A program made the position numbers and the translations under genes. From assembly GCF_000011465.1 (NCBI RefSeq), contig NC_005072.1, forward strand, positions 1,020,001 to 1,052,000: a stretch of 32,000 bases of DNA, read 5' to 3'. Below, one piece after another: positions 1 to 10,009 of the stretch; position 1 is the stretch's first letter, and every line of letters begins with the position of its first letter. Below the pieces are notes generated by a model that worked only from the letters and a program-made list of their open reading frames with translations, did not search any database and was not told the DNA's origin. The stretch comes from Prochlorococcus marinus subsp. pastoris str. CCMP1986 (lineage in GTDB: Bacteria > Cyanobacteriota > Cyanobacteriia > PCC-6307 > Cyanobiaceae).

Positions 1-82
1 CCTTTCTGAAAATTTGATTGCAGTAGATAAGCAAGCAAAAGCCTCAATAAAATAAATAATTAAAATTTTGAAAATTAATTTA

Positions 83-155
83 TAGCCCCAAGGGGATTCG
101 AACCCCTGTCGCCTCCGTGAAAGGGAGGTGTCCTAGGCCTCTAGACGATGGGGCC
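83..155 (-). tRNA. trnE: tRNA-Glu (anticodon TTC)
   Basis: Reverse complement reads GGCCCCATCGTCTAGAGGCCTAGGACACCTCCCTTTCACGGAGGCGACAGGGGTTCGAATCCCCTTGGGGCTA. Cloverleaf stems pair, the anticodon loop is CTTTCAC, and the T-arm is GGTTCGAAT. Confidence 0.96.
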
Positions 156-196
156 AAGGAAATAGCTTAATAGCTAATAAAAAATTAGGAGTAAAG

Positions 197-1315
197 CTAT
201 CCTTTCGTCAAGTGTTGTTGATCTTTGTTTTGGCCTTGCCACACTGGAACAGTAAAATGAAAGCATGAACCTTCACCAACTTCTGATACAACCCATATTC
301 TCCCTCCATGAACTTCAACAATTCTTCTGCAAACAGATAGGCCAATACCAAATCCTGATGTTCCCTCAGATGTCTGTGGCAATCTAACTCTATCAAGAAA
401 TATTCTTTTTTGCTCACTTACTGGAATTCCAGCACCTTTGTCACAAATCGTTATTTCTACCCATTGATTTGTTTTATGAATCAATGTAATTTTAATTCTT
501 CCAGAATTTTCTGAAAATTTAAGGGCATTTTCAATTAAGTTTAAAAATACCTGTCTCATTCTTCTTTGATCTGCATATACGCTTGGGAGATCAGATGGTA
601 TGTCAGTGTCAATTTCTATCTTCCTTAATCTCCAAAACTTTTCTAATTCAAGAATTGCCTCAGCACTTATGTTTCCTAAATCAATTTTTTGAGGATTAAA
701 AAGAGCTTCCCATTTAGTTGTTCCAACCTCAAGAAGATCTTGAGATAAAAGTTCAATTTCTTCTAAACGTCGTTTAATTACGTCTTGCAATTTTTTTATA
801 TCAATTTGTCCTAGTTTTTGACTTTGAATAGCAAGAGTTGCTGCCGTCAGTGGCGTTCTCAATTCATGTGCAACCATTCTTAAAAGTCTTTCTTGTGATT
901 CAATTCTTTTTGTAAGTGTTTCGTTTTCTTGTCTAAGAACCAATAATTCTTCCTCAAGGAGAAACTCTTTTTGGGTTCTGATTGAATCTATTTTAGAAGG
1001 TTGAAGATTAATACCTAAATCTTTTGTAACTCCTTCTTGTTTCCATCTAGGCAACCAAGTCTGCAACTGAACAAAAATATTACTTCCTGCAAATATTTGC
1101 TTTGGAGCTGGTGAAACCTTAATAAGAGCCGGAATAGCAACCAATCTATGCAATTCAAGCAGTTCAGGTTGTTCTGTCGGTTCAGAAATCTGAAGAGAAA
1201 TCTCAAACTCGCAGTCATCAGACTCTAAATAAGATAGTAATAATTTAAGATCGCCTCTAGAAAGATGATTTCTAGCAGCTACTAATATTAATTTTAATTC
1301 TTTTTTTTCATTCAA
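197..1315 (-). CDS. sasA: Circadian clock-associated sensor histidine kinase SasA (N-terminal KaiB-like domain, HisKA plus HATPase)
   Basis: 372 aa. H-box [14 protein letters not shown]-box [13 protein letters not shown]-boxes DKGAGIP and [18 protein letters not shown]. The N-terminal part resembles the thioredoxin-like KaiB domain. Confidence 0.92.
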   Translation of the reverse strand: MNEKKELKLILVAARNHLSRGDLKLLLSYLESDDCEFEISLQISEPTEQPELLELHRLVAIPALIKVSPAPKQIFAGSNIFVQLQTWLPRWKQEGVTKDLGINLQPSKIDSIRTQKEFLLEEELLVLRQENETLTKRIESQERLLRMVAHELRTPLTAATLAIQSQKLGQIDIKKLQDVIKRRLEEIELLSQDLLEVGTTKWEALFNPQKIDLGNISAEAILELEKFWRLRKIEIDTDIPSDLPSVYADQRRMRQVFLNLIENALKFSENSGRIKITLIHKTNQWVEITICDKGAGIPVSEQKRIFLDRVRLPQTSEGTSGFGIGLSVCRRIVEVHGGRIWVVSEVGEGSCFHFTVPVWQGQNKDQQHLTKG

Positions 1316-1421
1316 ATCATTTGCCCAGAATTTTTGATAAGCTGTTTTTGCTTATAAACACATTAAGATATTTATATATATTTTACAGTTAAGCTATCAA
1401 ACATATAGACGATATTTAGAA

Positions 1422-1964
1422 ATGGTTGCTAATATTCAAAACAATAATAATAATTACAGTGGATATACTTCCCCTGAAGTAAGCATAGATAGTAATTTAA
1501 AAAGATGGTTTTCTCGTAATATTGGACTTTGGAAATCCAATAGGACATATTTTCTCGAAGAAGAAAGGAAAACTTACAACCTTTGCATGTTCATAAATAT
1601 TGAGTCTCTTGAAAATAAAAAAGAATGGGAATCTCATTATAAATTCACTTGGTATCCAGAAAAGAAATATAGTTTTTTTGATGAACATCCCAAATATAGA
1701 GAAAGAGGAGAAATGCAAGCATTTATAAAGGACCACCAATTAATAAGAGAAAAATTTTATTTAAGTGATATTGATGGAATATCCAATATTAAACAAGTTG
1801 ATGAACATGAAATGATTTTCGAATCATCTTATGAAGATTGGTACATTCTTGAACACACAAGACTTATTGAGGGAGATAATTATAGATATAGAGTTATATA
1901 TTCATGGAACAAAGATAAACTTAAAATAGTAGAGAATCATCATGAAATAAAAATTATTACATAA
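1422..1964 (+). CDS. CpeS/CpcS-like (lipocalin-fold) phycobiliprotein lyase family protein, tentative
   Basis: 180 aa. N-terminal pattern LKRWFSRNIGLWKSNRTYFL resembles the FFxxSxGxWxSxRTYH start of CpeS-like proteins. Confidence 0.55.
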   Translation: MVANIQNNNNNYSGYTSPEVSIDSNLKRWFSRNIGLWKSNRTYFLEEERKTYNLCMFINIESLENKKEWESHYKFTWYPEKKYSFFDEHPKYRERGEMQAFIKDHQLIREKFYLSDIDGISNIKQVDEHEMIFESSYEDWYILEHTRLIEGDNYRYRVIYSWNKDKLKIVENHHEIKIIT

Positions 1965-2032
1965 ATTCTTTTAGCCTATTAAGTTTAAAAATAAAAAATG
2001 TTATCTTTAAAAAGTAAATTAAAAAATAATTT

Positions 2033-2473
2033 ATGCTTATAAATTTGTATTCAAAAAAATTTTTTAAAATTCTAACTCTTCCTATATTTTTATACTTAAC
2101 TTTTTTTGACATAACAATATTCAATAAAGAACTAAAAGCCGACAAGAAATTACAAGCGGCTACCGAGAAAGATCTTTTCTTATATAGGCAAATGGGTGCC
2201 TCTTATCTTTGTATTGCTACAAATGCTGAAGTTGATTTTGAGAAAAGTCTTGGAATAGCTAGTGCTACTTTCGCAAATGTAATTATAGGAAAGCATGAGG
2301 GCGTTATTAAAGAGTTTGGAACTGAAAAAATTGACCAAAAAAGATTATATAATGCTGGAACTTTTCAGATTGTGTCAAGTGCTCTAAATATTTGTCCTAA
2401 AAACATTCCTAAAGAAGTAAAAAATAGTTACGAGGAAAGATTAAAAGAGCTTATTAAACAAAATAAAAAATAA
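2033..2473 (+). CDS. Conserved hypothetical exported or membrane-anchored protein
   Basis: 146 aa with an N-terminal hydrophobic segment (FFKILTLPIFLYLTFFDITIF). Complete ORF with little intergenic space. Confidence 0.75.
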   Translation: MLINLYSKKFFKILTLPIFLYLTFFDITIFNKELKADKKLQAATEKDLFLYRQMGASYLCIATNAEVDFEKSLGIASATFANVIIGKHEGVIKEFGTEKIDQKRLYNAGTFQIVSSALNICPKNIPKEVKNSYEERLKELIKQNKK

Positions 2474-2478
2474 ATTTA

Positions 2479-3474
2479 TTATCTAAACATAGAGCTAACC
2501 GAACTTTCTTCATGAATTCTCCATATTGCCTCTCCTAACATATTTGCTACAGAAAGTACTTTTAACTGAGGAAATTCGTAATTATCAATAACTGGAATAC
2601 TGTTAGTAACTATAACTTGTTCAAATAAATCTTTTGAACTTAACCTTTCATAAGAGGGTGGAGAGAAAACTGCATGAGAAGCACACGCAAAAATTCTCTT
2701 TGCACCTTCTTTTTTTAACAAATTTGCTCCGGAACAAATAGTACCTCCAGTATCAATCATGTCATCTATAAGAATAGCCGTTTTTCCCTTAACTTCTCCA
2801 ATAACGGTCAAACTCTCTGCGATATTATGAGCAGATCTTCTTTTGTCAATAATCGCTAATGGAGCATCACTCATTAATTTGGCAAATGCTCTTGCTCTGG
2901 CTACTCCACCCACATCAGGAGATACAACAACAACTTCCTCCAACTTTAGAGACTCAAGATAATCAATTAAGACAGGAGATCCATATATATGATCGCAAGG
3001 AATATCAAAATATCCTTGTATTTGAGCTGAATGTAAATCCATGGCAAGAACTCTATCCACACCTGACTTCTCAAGTAAATTTGCTGTAAGCTTTGCTGTG
3101 ATTGACTCTCTTCCTGAAGTTTTTCTATCCGCCCTTGCATATCCAAAATATGGAATGACCGCTGTAATTTGTCTAGCTGAAGCTCTTTTACAAGCATCAA
3201 CCATAATCATCAACTCCATTAAACTATCGTTGACAGGAGCGCATGTAGGTTGAATAAGGAATACATCACAACCTCTTATAGATTGTTGAATTTGAACATA
3301 AAGTTCCCCATCAGCAAATCTTTTAGATACTAAGGGAACATTTTCAATCCCTAAATATGATGCAATTTCTTCAGCTAATTTAGGATTAGAAGTTCCACTA
3401 ACTAACCTCAATCTACTATTAGTTAGATTAAAAGTCGGTTCTTCATTATCTACTGCCGTGATAAAACTTGTCAC
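2479..3474 (-). CDS. prs: Ribose-phosphate pyrophosphokinase
   Basis: 331 aa. VVSPDVGGVARARAFAK, the PRPP-binding loop AILIDDMIDTGGTI and RQITAVIPYFGYARADRK. Confidence 0.97.
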   Translation of the reverse strand: MTSFITAVDNEEPTFNLTNSRLRLVSGTSNPKLAEEIASYLGIENVPLVSKRFADGELYVQIQQSIRGCDVFLIQPTCAPVNDSLMELMIMVDACKRASARQITAVIPYFGYARADRKTSGRESITAKLTANLLEKSGVDRVLAMDLHSAQIQGYFDIPCDHIYGSPVLIDYLESLKLEEVVVVSPDVGGVARARAFAKLMSDAPLAIIDKRRSAHNIAESLTVIGEVKGKTAILIDDMIDTGGTICSGANLLKKEGAKRIFACASHAVFSPPSYERLSSKDLFEQVIVTNSIPVIDNYEFPQLKVLSVANMLGEAIWRIHEESSVSSMFR

Positions 3475-3723
3475 GAAATTAGCTTTAAAAATCTACTAAT
3501 ATCGTAGTACCTAATATTAATTTGGCAAAAATTAATTAACTTATTTATCTTTCATAGTTAAAAGAACAAGGTTTGAATATTAAATATTCCGAAATATATA
3601 ATTTTGAAAGTTATAAGTAAATACAAGAAACATCAAAATTTATTTGTTAAATGATATATATTTAATTATTCTTAATTTTAGATAATAATTGATAAAAGAA
3701 TTATAAAAAATCACCTTATATTA

Positions 3724-5244
3724 ATGAGTTTAAAATCAGTTCTAAAAAATAAATCGTTAGGTATACTTGTTCATCCTTCAAGTCTTCCCGGAGGTAGTTA
3801 CTGCGGGACCTTTGGAGAAGGCGCTAAAGATTGGATTAAGAAGCTTTGTAAGTATAAGATTAATCACTGGCAATTCTTACCTCTTACTCCAACAGATTCA
3901 ACTGGATCTCCTTATAGTTCGCCATCCAGTTTTGCGTTAAATCCTTGGTTTCTTGATATCAATAAATTGATTGAAGAAAACTTTATCATTTCATTAAATA
4001 AAAAGGATTTACAATCAATTAATCAGAACGAAGATCATTTTGATTTTGATTATGCAAATAATTTATCGAAAAAATTAGGAGAATATCTTTTATTTGATTG
4101 GGAATCTCAATCTGAAATGAGAAAAACTGATTTTTATTTATGGAATAAAAAAAATACTTGGGTTGAAGATTATTCAATCTTTATGGTCTTAAGAGAGAAA
4201 TTCAATATGTTGCCATGGTGGGAGTGGCCATTGGAGTTTAAGCAAAAGGAAAATGAATTTATAAAAACATGGATAAAAGACAAAAAAAATGAAATACTTA
4301 AAACAAAATTAATACAATGGCATCTTGATAAACAGTGGAAGGAAATCAAAGTCTTTGCCAAAACTAATGGAATTACACTAATAGGTGATTTGCCTTTTTA
4401 TGTTTCAAGAGACAGTGTGGATGTATGGAGTAATAAATCACTATTTTCTATCTCTCAAAATGGAGATTTACTTTTTCAAAGTGGAGTGCCTCCTGATTAT
4501 TTCTCATCTACGGGACAACTATGGGGTACTCCCACTTACTATTGGGCTAAGCACAAAAGTACAGCATTTAGATGGTGGAGAAAAAGATTTAAGAGACAAT
4601 TTGAACTTGTTGACATATTAAGACTTGATCATTTTAGAGCGTTGGCTGGATATTGGAGAGTTGATGGGAATGCCCAAAATGCTATTAATGGGTCATGGAT
4701 TAATTCCCCTGGGAAAGAGCTATTAAATCTTTTAAAAAAAGATTTAAAATCTGATTATCTACCTATCATTGCTGAGGATTTAGGAGTAATAACTAAAGAT
4801 GTAGAGATATTAAGGGATAATTATGAATTACCTGGTATGAAGATTTTACAATTCGCATTCGATGGGAATGACAATAACCCTTATCTACCTAAAAATATCG
4901 AAAAAGAGAACTGGGTTGTTTATACAGGAACCCATGATAACGCTACCTCCACATCGTGGTGGGACTGTTTAGATATTACAATTAAAACCCATATTAAAGA
5001 TAAATATAAATACTCAATTGATCCCTCTTGGAATTTAATGGAAATTGGCATGAGTACAAAAGCAAACCTTTTTATCTCTCCAATTCAAGATATCTTATCT
5101 TTGGACGATTCAAGTAGATTAAATACACCTGGTACAATTACTAACAATTGGAGATGGAAATTAAATCAAACTCTTGACGAGATAGATATGAATTTAAAAA
5201 AATATAGTGACCTTGGAAATAATTATGGGAGATTAAGCAATTAG
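3724..5244 (+). CDS. malQ: 4-alpha-glucanotransferase (amylomaltase, GH77)
   Basis: 506 aa. GILVHPSSLPGGYC-type start, VDILRLDHFRALAGYW, PIIAEDLGVIT, YTGTHDNATSTSWW. Confidence 0.96.
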   Translation: MSLKSVLKNKSLGILVHPSSLPGGSYCGTFGEGAKDWIKKLCKYKINHWQFLPLTPTDSTGSPYSSPSSFALNPWFLDINKLIEENFIISLNKKDLQSINQNEDHFDFDYANNLSKKLGEYLLFDWESQSEMRKTDFYLWNKKNTWVEDYSIFMVLREKFNMLPWWEWPLEFKQKENEFIKTWIKDKKNEILKTKLIQWHLDKQWKEIKVFAKTNGITLIGDLPFYVSRDSVDVWSNKSLFSISQNGDLLFQSGVPPDYFSSTGQLWGTPTYYWAKHKSTAFRWWRKRFKRQFELVDILRLDHFRALAGYWRVDGNAQNAINGSWINSPGKELLNLLKKDLKSDYLPIIAEDLGVITKDVEILRDNYELPGMKILQFAFDGNDNNPYLPKNIEKENWVVYTGTHDNATSTSWWDCLDITIKTHIKDKYKYSIDPSWNLMEIGMSTKANLFISPIQDILSLDDSSRLNTPGTITNNWRWKLNQTLDEIDMNLKKYSDLGNNYGRLSN

Positions 5245-5259
5245 ATCATCAGATATATT

Positions 5260-5748
5260 TTATTTTCCTTTTTCCTCAATAATTTGAATCTCAATAATAT
5301 TAATATTTGAAATAAAGTATCGATTAAGAAAAAATAGTATCAAAATTAAAAATAAAAAATAAAAAAAACTTCCCTGCCAGGAATTTAGAAAATCAAACTT
5401 TCTCAAAATTATTTTTTTTTTGTTTTTTTCGAAAGTATTTGTTTCTCTAATTTCTAACCCTACCAATGTATTATTTTCCAGAGATAAACATTTTTCCAAC
5501 TTTAATAATATTGACCTTAGAAAAGGATCTCTTGGTCTAAGGTCTTCAATATTATTCTCAATTGAATTTATAGAAGATTCTGGGATTTTAGAGATATTTG
5601 ATAATTCTTTAACAGAAAGATTATTTTGAGTCCTTGCTTCTTTTACTAATTTACCAAGTTCAACATATTGATCATATTTTTTACTATTATTTTGTTCCTT
5701 CAATTTTATTTTTTTATTTTTTTGAAAATTAATATTGAATAATCTCAT
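5260..5748 (-). CDS. RodZ-like membrane protein with helix-turn-helix domain
   Basis: 162 aa. HTH segment LGKLVKEARTQNNLSVKELSNISKIPESSINSIE, followed by a single transmembrane segment (FFYFLFLILILFFLNRYF). Confidence 0.75.
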   Translation of the reverse strand: MRLFNINFQKNKKIKLKEQNNSKKYDQYVELGKLVKEARTQNNLSVKELSNISKIPESSINSIENNIEDLRPRDPFLRSILLKLEKCLSLENNTLVGLEIRETNTFEKNKKKIILRKFDFLNSWQGSFFYFLFLILILFFLNRYFISNINIIEIQIIEEKGK

Positions 5749-5857
5749 TAAAATTTTTTTATTTGACTATTTAAATTATGCATCTAAAGGATTATTTAAT
5801 TTTAATCAATTCATAAATCAAAAACTATAATTTAATGAGTTGACATCAAAGCAAACA

Positions 5858-7516
5858 CTAAGCTGGAGATATAATGTTTTGAACAGCACTTTTAGCCAAT
5901 TTTAGAGGACTAAAAGTATCTCTAAGCAAAATTAAGAGTTTTTCTGCATCTTTAAATTCCAATCTATCATCCTTAACAAGGCTTAATAAAAGGTTTTTTC
6001 TTACTTCAGATCCTTTGTTACTTACAATTAGTTTCAAACCTGCATTGGCTACTGGAATGAGATCTGCATTAATATTTTCGGTATCCTTAAATAATGTATT
6101 TAATAAACTTTCAAGCTTGTCTATCTGAATCCTTCCTTCATTATCAAATACAACTTCAAGAAGAATATTTACAATTTCATCTGAATTATCTGTTAAAAGT
6201 TTTTTTGCAATGTATGGATATGCAATTTTTAAGATCTTAAATTCAGGATCAAGTCTCAAAGCTAAACCTTCTTGACTTACAACAGCTCTAATTATTAGTG
6301 CGAACCTACTTGGAACTCTAAACGGATAAGAATACATAAGTTTTGAGAATTTATCAGTTACATTTTTTAAATTAAAATTTCCAACCTCGGCCCCAAATGC
6401 TCCCCCAAGGACCTCTTTAAGTGGTTCTACAAGTTGTTCAAGATCTTGTTCTTTGGTTAAGAAACCTAATTTCTGAAAATCTTTAGCCATAAGTAAATAT
6501 TCTTGGTTAATCAAATGCACAATTGCCTTAATGAGTGTGAGTCTATCTGAATTTGTAATAGTATCCATCATCCCAAAATCAACGTATGCTAAGTGTCCAT
6601 TATCTAAAGTTCCTCCTTTAAGAGCAAACATGTTTCCAGGATGAGGATCTGCATGAAAATAACCATATTCGAATAATTGCTGCAGTCCACTTATCACGCA
6701 AGTTCTAATATAAGAAGAAGGAATTAAATTATTTTGCTCTAAAATTTCTCTGTCCCTTAATTTAACTCCATCAATCCAAGATGTTGTAATAACCCTTTTT
6801 GAGGAAAAATCTTTTTCTAATTTTGGTATAAATACATTGGGATTAGATTTAAAAAGATCGGCAAACTTCAATGCATTTTTCCCTTCTTGCTCGTAATCAA
6901 TTTCATCGAAAAGGGCCCTACCAAATTCATCTATTATTTCTCCAATACCAACACCTATATTAAGTGGTAAAAATGATCCGAAAGCAGTCGCTAAGATTTT
7001 TAGAATTACAATATCTCTTCTAATAAGAAAATATAAATTAGGTCTTTGTACTTTTACAGCACAAAAATTATTATTTTTTTTTCTTGCTTTATAAACTATT
7101 CCTAGACTTGCTGATGCAATAGGTTCATCTGGAAAATCATCAAATAATTCATTAGCAGGAAGTCCAAGTTCATCTTCAATTATTTTTAGAGCAATTTTAT
7201 GTTTAAAAGGTGGGAGATTATCCTGTAGATTTGTAAGTTCTGTTAGCCAATCTTGCCTTACAAGATCTGGTCTAGTTGAAAGTGCTTGTCCTAATTTAAT
7301 AAAACATGGACCCAAATCTGTAATAACATCAAAAAGGTATTTTGAAAGATTTTTCTGTACACTCTTACTATTACTGTTACCTTGAAATAGTATTCTTACT
7401 AAAAGAAAAATTAAAGTTAAAAGTATATATAAAACTCTTGGTAGTAATATCCATGGTCTAAGGATCAACCAAATCATATCTCCTTTAGGTGAATATTTTG
7501 AATAAGAAGTTGCCAT
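5858..7516 (-). CDS. ABC1/UbiB family atypical kinase
   Basis: 552 aa. GPCFIKLGQALSTRPD, IASASLGIVYKA, VKVQRP, YFHADPHPGN and VDFGMM motifs. Confidence 0.93.
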   Translation of the reverse strand: MATSYSKYSPKGDMIWLILRPWILLPRVLYILLTLIFLLVRILFQGNSNSKSVQKNLSKYLFDVITDLGPCFIKLGQALSTRPDLVRQDWLTELTNLQDNLPPFKHKIALKIIEDELGLPANELFDDFPDEPIASASLGIVYKARKKNNNFCAVKVQRPNLYFLIRRDIVILKILATAFGSFLPLNIGVGIGEIIDEFGRALFDEIDYEQEGKNALKFADLFKSNPNVFIPKLEKDFSSKRVITTSWIDGVKLRDREILEQNNLIPSSYIRTCVISGLQQLFEYGYFHADPHPGNMFALKGGTLDNGHLAYVDFGMMDTITNSDRLTLIKAIVHLINQEYLLMAKDFQKLGFLTKEQDLEQLVEPLKEVLGGAFGAEVGNFNLKNVTDKFSKLMYSYPFRVPSRFALIIRAVVSQEGLALRLDPEFKILKIAYPYIAKKLLTDNSDEIVNILLEVVFDNEGRIQIDKLESLLNTLFKDTENINADLIPVANAGLKLIVSNKGSEVRKNLLLSLVKDDRLEFKDAEKLLILLRDTFSPLKLAKSAVQNIISPA

Positions 7517-7580
7517 TTACATTTAAGATATTAAAGAAGAATTTGTCTTCAACATATTCTATATGTGCCAATAATACTTT

Positions 7581-8978
7581 ATGAGTATTTCCTCTTTTCT
7601 ATCTAAAAAGTTTTTAAAATCACTTTTTTTCCCTGCCCACAATAGAGGGAAAGCTTTACCAAAAGGCTTGATTAGATTATTAAAAAAACAACCAGGTTTT
7701 TGGGATTTGCCAGAACTTCCTGAAATAGGTTCTCCATTATCTAATAGTGGATTAATACATGATGCGCAAATATCAATTTCAAAAAAAGTTAATGCAAAAA
7801 AATGTTTTTTTGGAGTAAATGGAGCATCAGGTTTGATTCAATCAGGAATAATCGCTATGGCTAATCCTGGTGAATATATTCTTATGCCAAGGAATGTTCA
7901 TATAAGTGTTATTAAAGCTTGTGCTTTGCAGAATATTATCCCAATATTCTTTGACATAGAGTTTTCTAGAGTAACTGGACATTACATGCCCATCACGAAA
8001 AGATGGTTTACAAATGTATTCAATAATATAGATTTTGACAATTTTAAAATTGCAGGAGTCATATTAGTTAGTCCTTACTATCAAGGATATGCAACGGATC
8101 TTGAACCTTTAATTAAAATTTGTCATCTACATAATTTGCCTGTTTTAGTTGATGAAGCCCATGGTTCGTATTTTCTTTTTTGTGAAAACTTTAATTTACC
8201 GAAATCAGCCTTAAGATCTAAAGCTGATTTAGTAGTCCATTCATTACATAAGTCACTTAATGGACTAACTCAAACAGCAATAATTTGGCATAATGGGTAT
8301 CTAGTAGAAGAAAATAAATTAATCAAAAGCATAAATTTACTGCAAACTACTAGTCCTAATTCTCTCTTGCTTTCTTCTTGTGAGGAGTCCATTAAAGACT
8401 GGCTTAATAAGGATAATCTTAATAAATACAAAAAAAGAATTTTAGAAGCAAAATCAATCTACAATGAGTTAATAAAAAAAAAGATACCTCTTATTGAAAC
8501 TCAAGATCCTTTAAAAATAATACTAAATACTTCTAAAGTTGGTATTGATGGCTTTACTGCAGATAGATTTTTTTATAAAAACGGATTAATTGCTGAATTA
8601 CCTGAAATGATGACGCTTACTTTTTGTCTTGGATTTTCAAATCAAAAGGATTTTACTTTTTTGTTTCAAAAATTATGGAAAAAGTTACTAATTCATACTA
8701 ATAAATCTTATGGTTTGAAAGCTATAAAACCTCCTTTTAGAATAGTTCAATCACCAGAAATACCAATAGGAGTTGCTTGGAAAAGTAAGAGTATTAGCAT
8801 TCCTCTAGTTGAATCTTTGGGAAAAATTTCTGGAGATATTATTTGTCCTTATCCTCCTGGAATACCTTTAATTGTACCTGGAGAGAGAATAGACAAGGAA
8901 AGAATAGATTGGATAGAAGCTCAAAGTTTGTACAACGAAGATCTGTTAAATTCTTATATAAGGGTCTTAAATAACTAA
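7581..8978 (+). CDS. Orn/Lys/Arg decarboxylase family protein (PLP-dependent)
   Basis: 465 aa. Starts near the catalytic fold (GKALPKGLIRLLKKQPGFWDLPELPEIG), with VDEAHG and the PLP lysine motif VVHSLHKSLNGLTQTA. Confidence 0.88.
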   Translation: MSISSFLSKKFLKSLFFPAHNRGKALPKGLIRLLKKQPGFWDLPELPEIGSPLSNSGLIHDAQISISKKVNAKKCFFGVNGASGLIQSGIIAMANPGEYILMPRNVHISVIKACALQNIIPIFFDIEFSRVTGHYMPITKRWFTNVFNNIDFDNFKIAGVILVSPYYQGYATDLEPLIKICHLHNLPVLVDEAHGSYFLFCENFNLPKSALRSKADLVVHSLHKSLNGLTQTAIIWHNGYLVEENKLIKSINLLQTTSPNSLLLSSCEESIKDWLNKDNLNKYKKRILEAKSIYNELIKKKIPLIETQDPLKIILNTSKVGIDGFTADRFFYKNGLIAELPEMMTLTFCLGFSNQKDFTFLFQKLWKKLLIHTNKSYGLKAIKPPFRIVQSPEIPIGVAWKSKSISIPLVESLGKISGDIICPYPPGIPLIVPGERIDKERIDWIEAQSLYNEDLLNSYIRVLNN

Positions 8979-8987
8979 AAATCAAAT

Positions 8988-9845
8988 ATGAGATTGCGAA
9001 GTGGCTTATTAATTGGATTGTTTGGGTTAGTTGTTGTTTTATTAGGCGGATGGTATTTCACAATAGCAATTGCATTACTTACCTACATTGCACTTCTCGA
9101 ATTTTTTAGAATGGCAGAATTCACAGGAATTAAACCAGCCACCAAAACTACCTTATTTTCTTGCTTCATAATTACAATTGCTACATATCTAGAAGTTATT
9201 GGATTCCTTGATAGAGAGATATACAATTCAATATTACCAATATGTTCAGTAGGAATATGCACGTGGTTATTGCTGCAGCCAAAGTCAGGCACCATTTCAG
9301 ATATTGCAGCATCAATTTTCGGATTATTTTATTTAGGTTTTTTACCTAGTTATTGGATTAAATTAAGAGCAATACAATCGACTATAAATAATTCTTCCAA
9401 TGGAATATTATCCTTTGAAAATATCTCAAATTCGACAGGTCTTTATTTAACATTAATTTCATGTTTATTAATTGTGGCAAGTGATATAGGTTCTTATTTT
9501 ATTGGAAAGTCATTTGGGGAAAGGGCTCTTTCCCCATTATCTCCAAGTAAAACTATCGAAGGTCTGATCGGAGGAATAATATGCTCAATTTCAGTAGCAA
9601 CCTTTTTTGCGTTTTTACTTAGTTGGCAGAATCCATTCTTAATTGGGATTTTATATGGAATATTAGTTTCTCTTATGGCATTAGTAGGAGATTTAATTGA
9701 ATCAATGATGAAAAGAGATGCGAAAATTAAAGATTCTGGAACTTTTTTACCTGGTCATGGTGGAATACTTGATAGAATTGATAGTTACATTTTTACCCCT
9801 TCAGTTATCTATTATATAATTATAATTTTGAGGTTTTTTAATTAA
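8988..9845 (+). CDS. cdsA: Phosphatidate cytidylyltransferase
   Basis: 285 aa, multi-TM. C-terminal signature LSPSKTIEGLIGG ... GDLIESMMKRDAKIKDSGTFLPGHGGILDRIDS. Confidence 0.95.
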   Translation: MRLRSGLLIGLFGLVVVLLGGWYFTIAIALLTYIALLEFFRMAEFTGIKPATKTTLFSCFIITIATYLEVIGFLDREIYNSILPICSVGICTWLLLQPKSGTISDIAASIFGLFYLGFLPSYWIKLRAIQSTINNSSNGILSFENISNSTGLYLTLISCLLIVASDIGSYFIGKSFGERALSPLSPSKTIEGLIGGIICSISVATFFAFLLSWQNPFLIGILYGILVSLMALVGDLIESMMKRDAKIKDSGTFLPGHGGILDRIDSYIFTPSVIYYIIIILRFFN

Positions 9846-10009
9846 TTCCTAAGTATTAACTTTACAGATAAATCTATATTCACTAATTAATTTTTTTTTA
9901 TTAAGATTTGACAATTAATTTTTTTTAAAGATAGAAATATTTTGTTTATATATCCTTTAAATATCAAGTTTAAATTCCATTACAAATAAAATTATTAAAA
10001 ATACTTTTA

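Noticed and set aside
2-55. Possible C-terminal tail of a plus-strand CDS (...LSENLIAVDKQAKASIK stop)
   Set aside because: Open frame to the window edge with a plausible composition, but only 17 codons are visible and no family can be recognised.
208-417. 69-aa minus-strand ORF inside the 3' part of sasA
   Set aside because: It overlaps a strongly supported sasA frame and has no recognisable domain; it is an alternate-frame shadow.
1957-2145. 62-aa minus-strand ORF at the cpeS-like / hypothetical junction
   Set aside because: AT-rich, K/I/F/L-dominated low-complexity translation overlapping the start of the 2033..2473 gene.
2859-3253. Three ORFs (2859..3089 +, 2967..3200 -, 3041..3253 +) within prs
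   Set aside because: All are fully inside the well-conserved prs coding sequence in other frames, with no family signature.
3475-3723. 249-bp prs-malQ divergent gap considered for an ncRNA (one of the longest intergenic gaps in the window)
   Set aside because: I found only a weak GAATAT-TAA-ATATTC symmetry and no strong stem or terminator. It is better explained as a divergent promoter region; TSS data would be needed.
9846-10009. cdsA-hydrolase convergent gap with T-runs considered as a terminator or sRNA
   Set aside because: T and A runs are present but I saw no GC-rich stem adjacent to them. It is indistinguishable from AT-rich background.
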